Below, piece after piece: positions 9,800 through 19,903 of a DNA stretch of 64,000 nucleotides (positions within the stretch are counted from its first letter, which is position 1; the number at the start of each line of letters is the position of its first letter). Where the stretch lies: the IMG/VR virus record IMGVR_UViG_3300015360_000029, positions 1 through 64,000 of that record, one strand, 5' to 3'. Position numbers and translations under genes: made by a program. A model generated the notes under the pieces. It was not told the DNA's origin, made no database searches, and worked only from the letters and a program-made list of their open reading frames with translations. This DNA is from a virus.

Positions 9800-12700
9800 T
9801 TATTCGTACTGTAACGCGGCCGACGCAATGTTTGCAACTTTGATTGAGTACGCAGCCAGACGTGAAGTCTTGAATAGATCCGTCAATTCTAAATTGTTCG
9901 CGAGGATGTCGTTCAACGCAGCAAAAAAGATCTCATTGATCTGAACTGGTTTCGCTGATATCCAAATGTCAGTCATTGTTTGTCTAGTGCTCTCTGGAGT
10001 GTCGAACCACGTTTCAGATTCATTGAAATTCAAGAACTCAATGAAGTCAGATGGGTATACACCATCAGAATTCGCTGGTACGTTTGTATTCGTTAACTTT
10101 GTATTTACGATCGTGTCGGTAACAGAAGAAACCAACAGATCCTGAGGAGCTAAGGTTTGTTCGGTCTTGAACCCGTACCTTGAAGAGCTTCCGTTCCGTT
10201 CATCATACAGCACTCGTCTAAGAGAAGGTACTGGGTTCGCAGCCAGATCTTGACCAGCAAGACTGTCAGTAAGTTTCAACCAAAGAGCTTCTGGGATTCG
10301 CGTTCGCTGCCCAGATCGAATCAACATCCATTCTGTGTGCGTGTCTTTCAGATCGAGCTGCTCAGGATCATCGCGCAGCGTGAAGTTCCGAGTGAAGCGA
10401 AGCTTGAACGTATCATCTTTTGCAACGACGTACGAGAGACCCGAGAGAGTAATCGCATCGTACCTATTCGGATACGAAACACCGCCGATCGTTTCGGCTT
10501 CAAGGAAATTTTGGAATGTCAAGTAATTAGGCGGGCCAGCGCGAAGGTTCTGAACGATTGCTTGAACTGATTGCTTCTTTCCAAAGGCAACTGTGCTCTT
10601 GTTCTTCACCCAGAAATAGTATGTAATTGAGCTGATTGATCCTTCGATGTCGCGAACTGGTAGAGATACGTACTCAAAATCTTTCTTGTATTGCGATTGA
10701 AATGTCAGGTCGTCTGTAATTGCGGGATCGAACGCGATTTCGGCAGCTGTCGGTTCGTAATGCCGAATGATGATTTTCGCAGTCGAACCAGCATTTACAT
10801 TCGTGATCACGAGCGTGTTCCCGTCGATCGTGAATGACGCAGCTAGCTGAGTGATTCCGTTCACGTACACAGAAGTACGAGCGCTATCGATGTTCTCAGC
10901 GTTCTCGATCGTCAATGATCCGTTGGTGAGTTGTACACTTGAAAGAATTGTATTTCGAAGTACAGCCCAATCGGCCCAAGTAGTGTAATACTTTTCGATG
11001 ATCGTTCCATCGTTCAATGTTAGCGGAGCCCTTGAGTACGAGACAGCATCTTGAATCTGAGCCAATGACGCTTGAATCGATTGGTACTCTCCAACGTATG
11101 GCTTCCACGACGAATTCCGCTGGCGCCCATCAGCATCGAGTTCCGCTTGAGTTGGCACACTCCATGCTCGCCACCCTGGTGCTTCGATCTGTACGAACGA
11201 AGATGATGTACGAACGAAGTACTTCCTGCCGTTCTGAACACCTTCTAGAACTTTCAAGAAGTTCCCAAGTGTAGATGACGCAAGTACCCAAGAACCGACA
11301 CTCGCAACGTACACACCATTTTGCGACGCGACAGTTTGATTCTTGACCAGAACGCGATTCCCAGCGACCAAAGTGATTCCATCGACCGTTTGAAGACCTG
11401 TGAATGTGATGTTTGAATTCGTCCCAACGCGAACATCTGGGATCGAGATGTACCCGTAGAACAGAGCAATGTTCGCACCGTATGCAGAATCATCTGGATT
11501 GTTCGTAGCGATCGACAGGGTCCCAGTTGATGGAACTACTTCAGACGTTGAAACAGCATCCCTGGCGGCGATCGAGGACCCCAGGGCAGCGACGATTGAA
11601 GTTACGACAGCAGTCCCAGCGTACGCAGAATTCGACACGTTCACGAGAACAGAAACACGGATCCCGAATGACGTGAAATCGTACACGAGAGTCTGACCTG
11701 AAGCGAGACTCATCGTTGGGATTCCAACAGTCAAAGGTGTTGGGTCGATCAATGTGTACAGCACGATTTCTTCAGCGCCGAAGTCGGTTTGAAGATTTAG
11801 CGAGACTGCGTACTCCGAACTCACAGCTACACCGTCTGAGTCAAGACGCGATACGCCCACAGTCACAGGTGCTGAGAACACAAGATCGCCGACGAGACCC
11901 GTGTACGACAACATCGAGATCCCGACAGTGAAGTTCGGTACCGCGGCAATATTGCCAACGAACTTCTTCGAGAATTGATTCGTCACGATCGCTTCACTCA
12001 GCGGTTTTGGGTCAGAAGTCTTTGGGTCCCAAAGACCGATGCGCATCCCGGCTTCGATGTTGAAACTTGCGAACGTTGCTGTTTCGAGCCACATCGTTCC
12101 GTCATCGTCGATGTTCAATTGATCTTCAAACGAACCATTGAACGATGGGTGTGCATTCGCGTTCGGAACGCCTGCTTCGGACCAAGCGATCGGACGGATG
12201 CTCCATTGTCGATCACGTAAGTACGTTTCTTCGAGAGCAACTTCACCAGCTGCTTTTGTCGCAGAATCGAGATCAGCATCACCAGCTTGTGTCAGCGCTA
12301 GTGCATTGTATTGTTCCGGCGGTACCTCTGATCGAACCCATTCGTACACATCGATCGAAGCGAAGTCAGCAGTCGCACCCCAGCGAGATAGGCGCTCTGC
12401 TCGCGATGGGAAAACTGTGTCATCATAGTACTGAATGTACGAAAGATTTGTTGTATCGAACCACACGCGCCCAAGCTCGTTGTCGCCCCAAGGACGAAGC
12501 GGATCATACGAGTTGTTGTTCACAACTTGAGTGCTGAAGTTGTACTTCGCAGGGTTCAGCGACGAGATGATGTTCACAGATTCCATCGCCGACGGGGTGT
12601 GCTGCCCTGCTGCAGGATGCCAATGCGGGATCTCTTCGATCAATTCGTCGTCGGCGTAATTGAAGAGCTTCACAGGATTGTACTTCGGCACAGCCGCCCC

Positions 12701-15700
12701 GTACCCAACAACACTGAGATTTCCGCCTTTTACATGTTGGATTGTCGCTGCATTCACACGGCGCCCGATGAGCTCGTACGTGTACGAGACAAATGGGCTG
12801 CGTCTACCGTACCAAGATCCGCCTTGTGATCCTTCTTGAATTTCAATGAAGCTTGTATTATTCAATTCGCTGAGTGTGTTCAACTCCAATACACGAGTCC
12901 AAGTACCAGAGCTGATAACTGTGTACACACCGTTTTCTAACGATAAAGATTGATTCTTTATCAGAACTCTGTCGCCGACAATCAACGAAACGCCGTCGAG
13001 ATTTGGAGTGCTGGCGAGAGATCGAATGATGTTTCCTGTACTGCCAGCTCGAACGAAGAACTTCACATTTCCAATTTGAAGACGATCAGCGATACCGCCA
13101 AGATCAACAATCTCGCCGGCCGATACAGACTTCGTGAACGTACCGATCACTTCGGCTTTGAAGTACGCATCTTGATCTAGATCATCGATGCTGAACCAAC
13201 GTGATTCGTCAATGCGCGAGATCTGCGTAAAGTTCGGAAGTTCGAAGCCTGGCCGCGCATCGAACTGAAGCTGCGTGAACTGCTGAAGGGTATCGCCAAC
13301 ATTCAACTTCATTTCTGGATACGAAAGTTGTCTCGAATCTCCGTACTGAGCAATCTTGTACGCCCAGAATTCATCGATCTTGGCATCTTTGAACCTGTCG
13401 TTGTTTAAGTATGCGCCGATCGAAAGGTTCGTACCTTTCGCCTGAATCAGACCTCGCCAAAAGTTGAATTGCGATTTGTCAGAGATGTCAAGATTACTGA
13501 AGTAATCTTTCTTGTTGAACCCGAGCAATGACAGCGAATGCTGCGACGTAAGATTATTTTCAAATGCGCGATTCGCATCGTAAAAGTTCGTGATATTATC
13601 TGTTGATGCCTGAAGATTCTGTCGAACTTCATTTCCGACAAGATAATGCCCACCGAATTCAGGGCGAAATGTTTGAACTGCTTGACGGCGCCCGTTCAAG
13701 TTGTACGTCTGAATGCGCGCACCTGAAAACGGATCGTATAGAAGTCCTTTCGAAATGGAATCTTCTACGAAATACTTGAACACGAAGAGATGCTCGTACT
13801 CGTCGATTGTGGCGTGTACTGAAAACATTGGGGAATTTCCGCTGATGCTTGATTCTAAGTTCCCGCGAATGATGTTCAATTCATTAGATTGAAGTCGAAC
13901 ACCAGTGATGTCAAACACCCCAGGATCTGCTGTGATGTCGAACAACGATGTATCAATGAATTGAGAAAGAAGACCCATATCTTGTCGAACCCAGATCTTA
14001 TCCATGAACGGATTGACGATATGGCCTTGTCTAATATCAATTCCGCGGTAGCATCGATCAATGAACTTCTCGATTTCGAGCTGCCAAGTCCTAGATCTAC
14101 CTGTTTCAGCATCGACGTTATTCATCGGGTCTTGATTGAATACCCATCCTTCATCTGACAAGAGCTGAGAGTACCCGAACAAGAAACTCACTACGTTTTG
14201 AATGCCAACGATCGTCAACGGAAGGTACGTTTGAACTGTAGATACTACATCAGTGTACTGCTTCCAAATCGTATTCGTAACAGATTGATCAAGCACATTG
14301 AAAGTTTGAAACGACGAATTCGTGTCTAGAGCGTAATACGAAACATTCAAGTACCTTGGGTTGTATCCTTCGATGTTGAATACCCAATCAGCCCCGTTTG
14401 TCGTCGGGGCGAATCCACTCACAGGCATAGAAACTTTTGAGCCGAATTGCTGAACTGTAATTCGAAGACCCTGAACCCAAAGGCTCTTAGCAAGACTGTT
14501 CTTCTTGAACAGCAGATCAAAACTCGACGATGAAAGGGTGTCATCAGCAGTTCGAACCTTCAGATCGTCTGTGGATACGAGACCACCAGCTCGATGTCCA
14601 AGATTCACATCCCAACCACGATAAGCATCGATCGCGTAACTATCCGTTGTATCCACAGAAAGTTCACGAAGGGCATTTGTGAATGTTTGGCCGAAACCAA
14701 GGTACTGATGCCGAATCGCAGGGATGAATGTAACTCCGCCAGTACTGCTCAGCTCAAAGGTATCGCCGATGTGGAACGGCACGCCCCTGTCTTGAATCAG
14801 AATTGACAAAGAACCAATCGATGTAAGGACCCCTTCACGAGCGTACCCGAGCACAAGTCCATCGGCGCCACGAATTGTGAAGTTCTGATATCGGTTCGAT
14901 CCAGCAACTTCGTATGCATCGTATTTGATCGAAACCGAATTCGGTCCGCTGATCGTAGCATTCGCTGAATCGCGTTCGATCACGCGATTCAGATCGCCGT
15001 GAAGTCGGAATCGTTTGTGTCCTGGTGTATTCAGGTCGTACCCGTCGTATACGATCCCGTCAACTTGAACCCAATTGAATCCCCAGCAGAACCCAAGGAA
15101 TAACATTGGGTCATGTCTGAATAGAGCACGAGCAAGAGAGTATCCGAACTCCATAGTGCTGTACCAAACAGTTTCAACTGGCGCGCCTTCACCGAATGTG
15201 TATGGTGCTTCGATGCCCGTCGGCATCACCGTAGTTAGTGCGTTCTGAGATTGTGGATTCGAGGTAGGGACGTATGGTGGCAACACGTCATCGCGAATTG
15301 TGTCAACGCTAAGTCTAAAGTTCGCGCCACGGATAACTTTGATGTCTGCCCAAAGTATGTCGGACCAGTACCGAACTTGTTTGAATAGCACTGCATTAGA
15401 AGGACCAATAGGATTCGCTGTCAAGATCCAAACAGTATTGTATCTTGTCAAACCTTCGATCACTGAAACGAATGTATCTTTCACCAACGGAATTGTAGCT
15501 CGTGTCCAGAATCCACTTTGGACAACCCAGATACCGTTATTTGCAGCTGTCGGTTCATTTTGAAGAAGCACTAAATTACCAGGAATTACTGTGACACTGT
15601 CAATGATCTGCGATCCATTCCTATTGGTAAAAGAACCATCAGTCTTTACAACGCGAACAGTTCCGCCGCTAGTGTACAGTTCTGTTGTTTGTGGATTCAA

Positions 15701-18700
15701 AAGTTCGTCGATCGTGAGATACGGTTCGTATGTCGGAAGCCAGAGTGGTGAAGCTGCCCAAGTTTGATATGTACTGAACCCAAGTAACTTCCACGGTTCA
15801 AAATTTGGGCGCTCAGTCGGAATCACAGTTGGAAATTGCGCTTGATGTGTTTTTAGCACATTCGTCCAGCGAGCAGGAACAACGCTTGGATATCCAGCCG
15901 GAAAATTCATGCTTGAAGCATTCGAATAATTCCAAGAAAGCGAATTCGATGCAACGTAGTCAGAGCCAAGAGGATTCAAGCCGTTGTTCGCCGCGAACGT
16001 AAAGAGCTCGCGCTTCAATTGATCTTTGAAAATTGGATCGATCAACAATGGAGCAAAATCAATTTTACGAGCATTCGGATTGATACCATCGAACAATCGA
16101 GTTTCGACAAGAAGACGAAGGCGATTCAAAAGGTCCGCAAAGTTCACGACACGCCAGAATTGTGTCGTCCCAGTTTGAATGTCCCAATTCAAAGTGCTAT
16201 TGTTCCAGATGCTGATCACATTTGCGATACGATCGTACCATTTGAATCCATCGTTAGGAAGTATTGGAATGTCGGCATCACCATCCACATCGAAAGCAAG
16301 CATTTGAACATCAGCACCACTCGGGCGCAACCAAAGTGAGCCGCGATATGGAAGAGTCGGTTCTGTATTATTGAACGATCCAACTGCGGGTGTGATTGTA
16401 AAATCGGAGCGTAGGACTTCGAGCTCGCCAGAGATACCGATCAGCGAGCGCCTGAATTCGAGGTTGTCCGTTTCTAAATGTGAGTTGTGCCCATCATGAT
16501 GTGTAAGCAACACTTGGCCGAGCAAGTTATCAAAAGCGATTTGTGGCTGTACAAGTTCAAGGATACCAAGTTGTGGCAGCGTTGCAGGGATTCCAATAAC
16601 TGCTGATGTTGTATCGTACAGTACAGTACGAACATCTTGATCAAGAGACCGAAGTGCGAGGATATAGTCAAGAAGATCGTTCAACTTCTGATCTTGAATC
16701 GATGTTCCATCGGGATCAACGACAGAAGTCAGAGTATAGTATTGAATGATGTTCTTCTTGAAGATCAATGAAATCGAATTCAAACCTATTTCATACTGCC
16801 TCTGCGCCATGTCGATCATCGAGATCGGTGTGAGATCCCGTTGCATCATAAGCGATGCGAACAGTGTTTGTTGCTCCGACCAATTCTTGATTGAACCACC
16901 GAACGCATAGTTTGAAGATGCACCGATTGGTTGACTTTGAAGAATCCCTCGGAAATGTGAATTCAAAGTTCCTTCAAGGATTTCGTCGCGACTTGAGTTG
17001 TACGGGTTATTGATGAATGGACGAGAAACTTGGTGCGCGCCAACCCCATTCGCATCTGCAGCTTTGCCACCGTAAAGATCATAGATCGCATCTGTTGAAT
17101 CGCGATACACATATCGTGGCCGCTCAAGATTTCCTATTCTCAAGACAAACGCATCGCCGATATCGAACGCAAGAGTTCCAGCAGAAATGAAGCACGAAAA
17201 ATCCGAAGAAGAATATAGGATACCGACAGTAATAACGTTGAATGGTGCCGGCAAAGCGGCTGTCTTCGATCCAAAGACGCTAAACGTCGTTGGCGTGATA
17301 GCTTGAAAAGTCCAGACTTGTTGCTGAGTATATGGCTGAGCTGTAATTCCTGACAATGTTCCCTTTACTGGGCCGATGAATGCGATCGGCGACAATGTAG
17401 GTCCAGAGCTTATTGAGAAGGTGAACGCTTCACCAATGGTGAATGGTATCGTTCTACTGGAAATAAGAACTGAGAATTCTGCTGAAACAAAGCGGACCCC
17501 AACATTGATTTCAGTTGACATCATACCTGAAATTGATCCAGAGATGCTGAACGTAGCAGGTGATGTAGCTGTGAGCGTCCAAGTTTGAATGGCTGACTGG
17601 GCCGTCGTCGGGATCAATTCAGTGATTTTGCCTTTTGTAGCGCCGATAAAGACTTCGTCAACTTCTTCGGATTGTGTGTATCCTGGATGCCAAATTGTTT
17701 TCAGTGCAGAACCAACTTTGTAGAATAGCAAATCACCATCCGCATCGACCAGACCGTGATCGAAGATATAATCTGCGCTATCTGAAGAACTTAGCTTTAC
17801 ACGACGTTGAAGATCTAGATCGAGCGAAGCTGTCAAATCTTCAACGTAATAAAACACAGAACTCACGAGGTTCGAGTGTGTGCCATCGTATCGGAACAGA
17901 TCGAACATTGGAAGCTGATTGAATTCTGTTTTCGTCTGCTTGAAGCTGACCCCAGCGAGCCCGACGATTTTTTCAGCTGGGGCACCTGCGGCAATGAACG
18001 AATTCAGCTGCAGAATTGAAGAGTACTCGATGATTGGGCAATCAGCTTGAAGTACGTTCGCCCGCGAAATTCCAAGAGTATCAAGATCTGAGCGATGGAT
18101 CCAGAAATTCCCCTCTTGCCAATCGTTTGTGTTATTTGCTGTAAGAACACCAGCTGGCCAAGAATTCCCAGGACCAGAAGTGAACAACCTGCCGCCGTTG
18201 ATTGATCCGCTTCGCACCCAAACTCGAGCTTGCTGAACGATGTTCACGCCAGCGTAATCTGCCGCCCGCACCCAAGTTTGTGCTCTGACAATGTAAATTC
18301 CGTTCTCAGCCGATGAACTGTTCTTCACGAGAACTCGAACACCTTCGCTAAGAAGAATACCATCAATCGACTGATACGTCTTCAATGAGTTGATGTTCTT
18401 GAATCGACCCTTGACGCCAGCTGAAATTGAGAACGTGATATTGTACGTTGATGATAAGAATACCGTATCAATAAAGAACGTATCACCGGTCGAGAATCCT
18501 TCGTGCGAAGTCCAAACTCCATTAGAATCATAGATTGGATTCCGCGAAATTGCGAATGTCATCAATGTTACAATGGATGATCCATTCGTAACATTGAATG
18601 TGAACGTTTGTTCAGTAGGAACACTCGTAACAGGAGTAGCATTAAGATTGTATGTGAATGACTTGATGCCTGATGAATTCAAGAGCCCAGATGTAGTGAA

Positions 18701-19345
18701 TGCCCCGAGAGCTACATCCGCCGTAATTTTGAATTGCGTAGGTGACAAGAATTCGACGGTGAATGATTGATCTTCGAAACCAGTGCCAGTTCGAATAATC
18801 GCGCCAGTTGTAGCAACAAGAACATTGAGCTTGTTCAGATCAGCCGGCTTCGGCGGGGCGATTACGTAATATTCAGGCGCCAGATCTGGATTCCAAGCAA
18901 GCACAGGCTTTGTTGGGAGTGAATTCGCAACCCAGAAGTAGTTATAGAAGTTCGCGAACTTGTCGATGTCGATTGGTGGAAGGTAGTTGTTCGATTGCGA
19001 ATACAACCATTCGAGAGATTCAGCTGAAATTCCAAGAGCCTTAGCCTTGTTCACGATGTCTTGAACAGTGAACGCATACCGCTCGCTCCCAAGAGTAAAA
19101 TTCAACACAGGCACGATCGCATTGATGTCACGTTCAACCGTCGGTTGTGTAATCTTTATTGATTTGTCATCGATTGACGATGGTTTCTGCCCGATGTACC
19201 CGTACAATGGAACTGACTCATCGTGAGTCATGTGCCGATTGAACAAGTTGTCGATGAGACCCTTGATTACAGGGTTCCGAAGATTCTGCGGAACGTACTG
19301 AATTAAGTCATTAAAAGGAATCGAATAGTCAAGTTTCTGTGCCAT
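9800..19345 (-). CDS. Giant baseplate wedge protein (gp7-like)
   Basis: 3181 aa; PPIDIDKFANFYNYFW, IDEFWAYKIAQYG, SIDVYEWVRS and YYFWVKNK blocks; downstream of the gp6-like gene; multiple repeated inserted domains. Confidence 0.7.
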   Translation of the reverse strand: MAQKLDYSIPFNDLIQYVPQNLRNPVIKGLIDNLFNRHMTHDESVPLYGYIGQKPSSIDDKSIKITQPTVERDINAIVPVLNFTLGSERYAFTVQDIVNKAKALGISAESLEWLYSQSNNYLPPIDIDKFANFYNYFWVANSLPTKPVLAWNPDLAPEYYVIAPPKPADLNKLNVLVATTGAIIRTGTGFEDQSFTVEFLSPTQFKITADVALGAFTTSGLLNSSGIKSFTYNLNATPVTSVPTEQTFTFNVTNGSSIVTLMTFAISRNPIYDSNGVWTSHEGFSTGDTFFIDTVFLSSTYNITFSISAGVKGRFKNINSLKTYQSIDGILLSEGVRVLVKNSSSAENGIYIVRAQTWVRAADYAGVNIVQQARVWVRSGSINGGRLFTSGPGNSWPAGVLTANNTNDWQEGNFWIHRSDLDTLGISRANVLQADCPIIEYSSILQLNSFIAAGAPAEKIVGLAGVSFKQTKTEFNQLPMFDLFRYDGTHSNLVSSVFYYVEDLTASLDLDLQRRVKLSSSDSADYIFDHGLVDADGDLLFYKVGSALKTIWHPGYTQSEEVDEVFIGATKGKITELIPTTAQSAIQTWTLTATSPATFSISGSISGMMSTEINVGVRFVSAEFSVLISSRTIPFTIGEAFTFSISSGPTLSPIAFIGPVKGTLSGITAQPYTQQQVWTFQAITPTTFSVFGSKTAALPAPFNVITVGILYSSSDFSCFISAGTLAFDIGDAFVLRIGNLERPRYVYRDSTDAIYDLYGGKAADANGVGAHQVSRPFINNPYNSSRDEILEGTLNSHFRGILQSQPIGASSNYAFGGSIKNWSEQQTLFASLMMQRDLTPISMIDMAQRQYEIGLNSISLIFKKNIIQYYTLTSVVDPDGTSIQDQKLNDLLDYILALRSLDQDVRTVLYDTTSAVIGIPATLPQLGILELVQPQIAFDNLLGQVLLTHHDGHNSHLETDNLEFRRSLIGISGELEVLRSDFTITPAVGSFNNTEPTLPYRGSLWLRPSGADVQMLAFDVDGDADIPILPNDGFKWYDRIANVISIWNNSTLNWDIQTGTTQFWRVVNFADLLNRLRLLVETRLFDGINPNARKIDFAPLLIDPIFKDQLKRELFTFAANNGLNPLGSDYVASNSLSWNYSNASSMNFPAGYPSVVPARWTNVLKTHQAQFPTVIPTERPNFEPWKLLGFSTYQTWAASPLWLPTYEPYLTIDELLNPQTTELYTSGGTVRVVKTDGSFTNRNGSQIIDSVTVIPGNLVLLQNEPTAANNGIWVVQSGFWTRATIPLVKDTFVSVIEGLTRYNTVWILTANPIGPSNAVLFKQVRYWSDILWADIKVIRGANFRLSVDTIRDDVLPPYVPTSNPQSQNALTTVMPTGIEAPYTFGEGAPVETVWYSTMEFGYSLARALFRHDPMLFLGFCWGFNWVQVDGIVYDGYDLNTPGHKRFRLHGDLNRVIERDSANATISGPNSVSIKYDAYEVAGSNRYQNFTIRGADGLVLGYAREGVLTSIGSLSILIQDRGVPFHIGDTFELSSTGGVTFIPAIRHQYLGFGQTFTNALRELSVDTTDSYAIDAYRGWDVNLGHRAGGLVSTDDLKVRTADDTLSSSSFDLLFKKNSLAKSLWVQGLRITVQQFGSKVSMPVSGFAPTTNGADWVFNIEGYNPRYLNVSYYALDTNSSFQTFNVLDQSVTNTIWKQYTDVVSTVQTYLPLTIVGIQNVVSFLFGYSQLLSDEGWVFNQDPMNNVDAETGRSRTWQLEIEKFIDRCYRGIDIRQGHIVNPFMDKIWVRQDMGLLSQFIDTSLFDITADPGVFDITGVRLQSNELNIIRGNLESSISGNSPMFSVHATIDEYEHLFVFKYFVEDSISKGLLYDPFSGARIQTYNLNGRRQAVQTFRPEFGGHYLVGNEVRQNLQASTDNITNFYDANRAFENNLTSQHSLSLLGFNKKDYFSNLDISDKSQFNFWRGLIQAKGTNLSIGAYLNNDRFKDAKIDEFWAYKIAQYGDSRQLSYPEMKLNVGDTLQQFTQLQFDARPGFELPNFTQISRIDESRWFSIDDLDQDAYFKAEVIGTFTKSVSAGEIVDLGGIADRLQIGNVKFFVRAGSTGNIIRSLASTPNLDGVSLIVGDRVLIKNQSLSLENGVYTVISSGTWTRVLELNTLSELNNTSFIEIQEGSQGGSWYGRRSPFVSYTYELIGRRVNAATIQHVKGGNLSVVGYGAAVPKYNPVKLFNYADDELIEEIPHWHPAAGQHTPSAMESVNIISSLNPAKYNFSTQVVNNNSYDPLRPWGDNELGRVWFDTTNLSYIQYYDDTVFPSRAERLSRWGATADFASIDVYEWVRSEVPPEQYNALALTQAGDADLDSATKAAGEVALEETYLRDRQWSIRPIAWSEAGVPNANAHPSFNGSFEDQLNIDDDGTMWLETATFASFNIEAGMRIGLWDPKTSDPKPLSEAIVTNQFSKKFVGNIAAVPNFTVGISMLSYTGLVGDLVFSAPVTVGVSRLDSDGVAVSSEYAVSLNLQTDFGAEEIVLYTLIDPTPLTVGIPTMSLASGQTLVYDFTSFGIRVSVLVNVSNSAYAGTAVVTSIVAALGSSIAARDAVSTSEVVPSTGTLSIATNNPDDSAYGANIALFYGYISIPDVRVGTNSNITFTGLQTVDGITLVAGNRVLVKNQTVASQNGVYVASVGSWVLASSTLGNFLKVLEGVQNGRKYFVRTSSSFVQIEAPGWRAWSVPTQAELDADGRQRNSSWKPYVGEYQSIQASLAQIQDAVSYSRAPLTLNDGTIIEKYYTTWADWAVLRNTILSSVQLTNGSLTIENAENIDSARTSVYVNGITQLAASFTIDGNTLVITNVNAGSTAKIIIRHYEPTAAEIAFDPAITDDLTFQSQYKKDFEYVSLPVRDIEGSISSITYYFWVKNKSTVAFGKKQSVQAIVQNLRAGPPNYLTFQNFLEAETIGGVSYPNRYDAITLSGLSYVVAKDDTFKLRFTRNFTLRDDPEQLDLKDTHTEWMLIRSGQRTRIPEALWLKLTDSLAGQDLAANPVPSLRRVLYDERNGSSSRYGFKTEQTLAPQDLLVSSVTDTIVNTKLTNTNVPANSDGVYPSDFIEFLNFNESETWFDTPESTRQTMTDIWISAKPVQINEIFFAALNDILANNLELTDLFKTSRLAAYSIKVANIASAALQYE

Positions 19346-19374
19346 GCCAGCTTACGCTCATCAAGTTGATAAGC

Positions 19375-19380
19375 TATTTA
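19375..19380 (-). promoter_or_regulatory. Late promoter motif TAAATA
   Basis: Intergenic, upstream of ATG 19345. Confidence 0.6.
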
Positions 19381-19408
19381 CGAAGCTTGGCAGTTCTTGA
19401 AATTTGGG

Positions 19409-19903
19409 TCAATCTTGAATCACAAGGTCCTTGCGAACTAGCAGCGTCACTTTATGTCCTTTGAAAGTGCGTTTCGCATTTCCCGTGAAATTGATTATTT
19501 GTGTTTCCATTGGGACAACTCGATGTTCGTCATTGGTGCAATCAACGTACCCAAGCTTCTTCGCTTCGCGCTGAACCAATCTGGCGTACAGCGAGATCCT
19601 CGATGGTTCTGAATCTTTCGCTGTGAACATCATCGATTTTGGATTCTTATCCTTTACTAGCTTTCGCAAAATTGCAAGAATCGTTCCCATGATTCGAACC
19701 CCGATGTTCTTTGATGGATCATCATCATTCGTGACATCCCAAGTGCCTTTGCGCTTGAAATGAATCTTCGTGACGTGAATATATTTTTCGGCGATGAACG
19801 AAACCATCTCTCCTGTTTCATCTTTGAAAGACGCTATCCAATCATCATCATCATCTTCAATTTCGAAGTGATACGCATCATCGAACAATTCTTGAACGAT
19901 CAT
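19409..19903 (-). CDS. Hypothetical protein, putative head-internal (possible GNAT-like / Alt N-terminal-like fold)
   Basis: 164 aa, starts MIVQELFDD; ATGA-coupled to the gp6-like gene; RIMGTI....F.A...SR.SLY.RL pattern. Confidence 0.55.
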   Translation of the reverse strand: MIVQELFDDAYHFEIEDDDDDWIASFKDETGEMVSFIAEKYIHVTKIHFKRKGTWDVTNDDDPSKNIGVRIMGTILAILRKLVKDKNPKSMMFTAKDSEPSRISLYARLVQREAKKLGYVDCTNDEHRVVPMETQIINFTGNAKRTFKGHKVTLLVRKDLVIQD

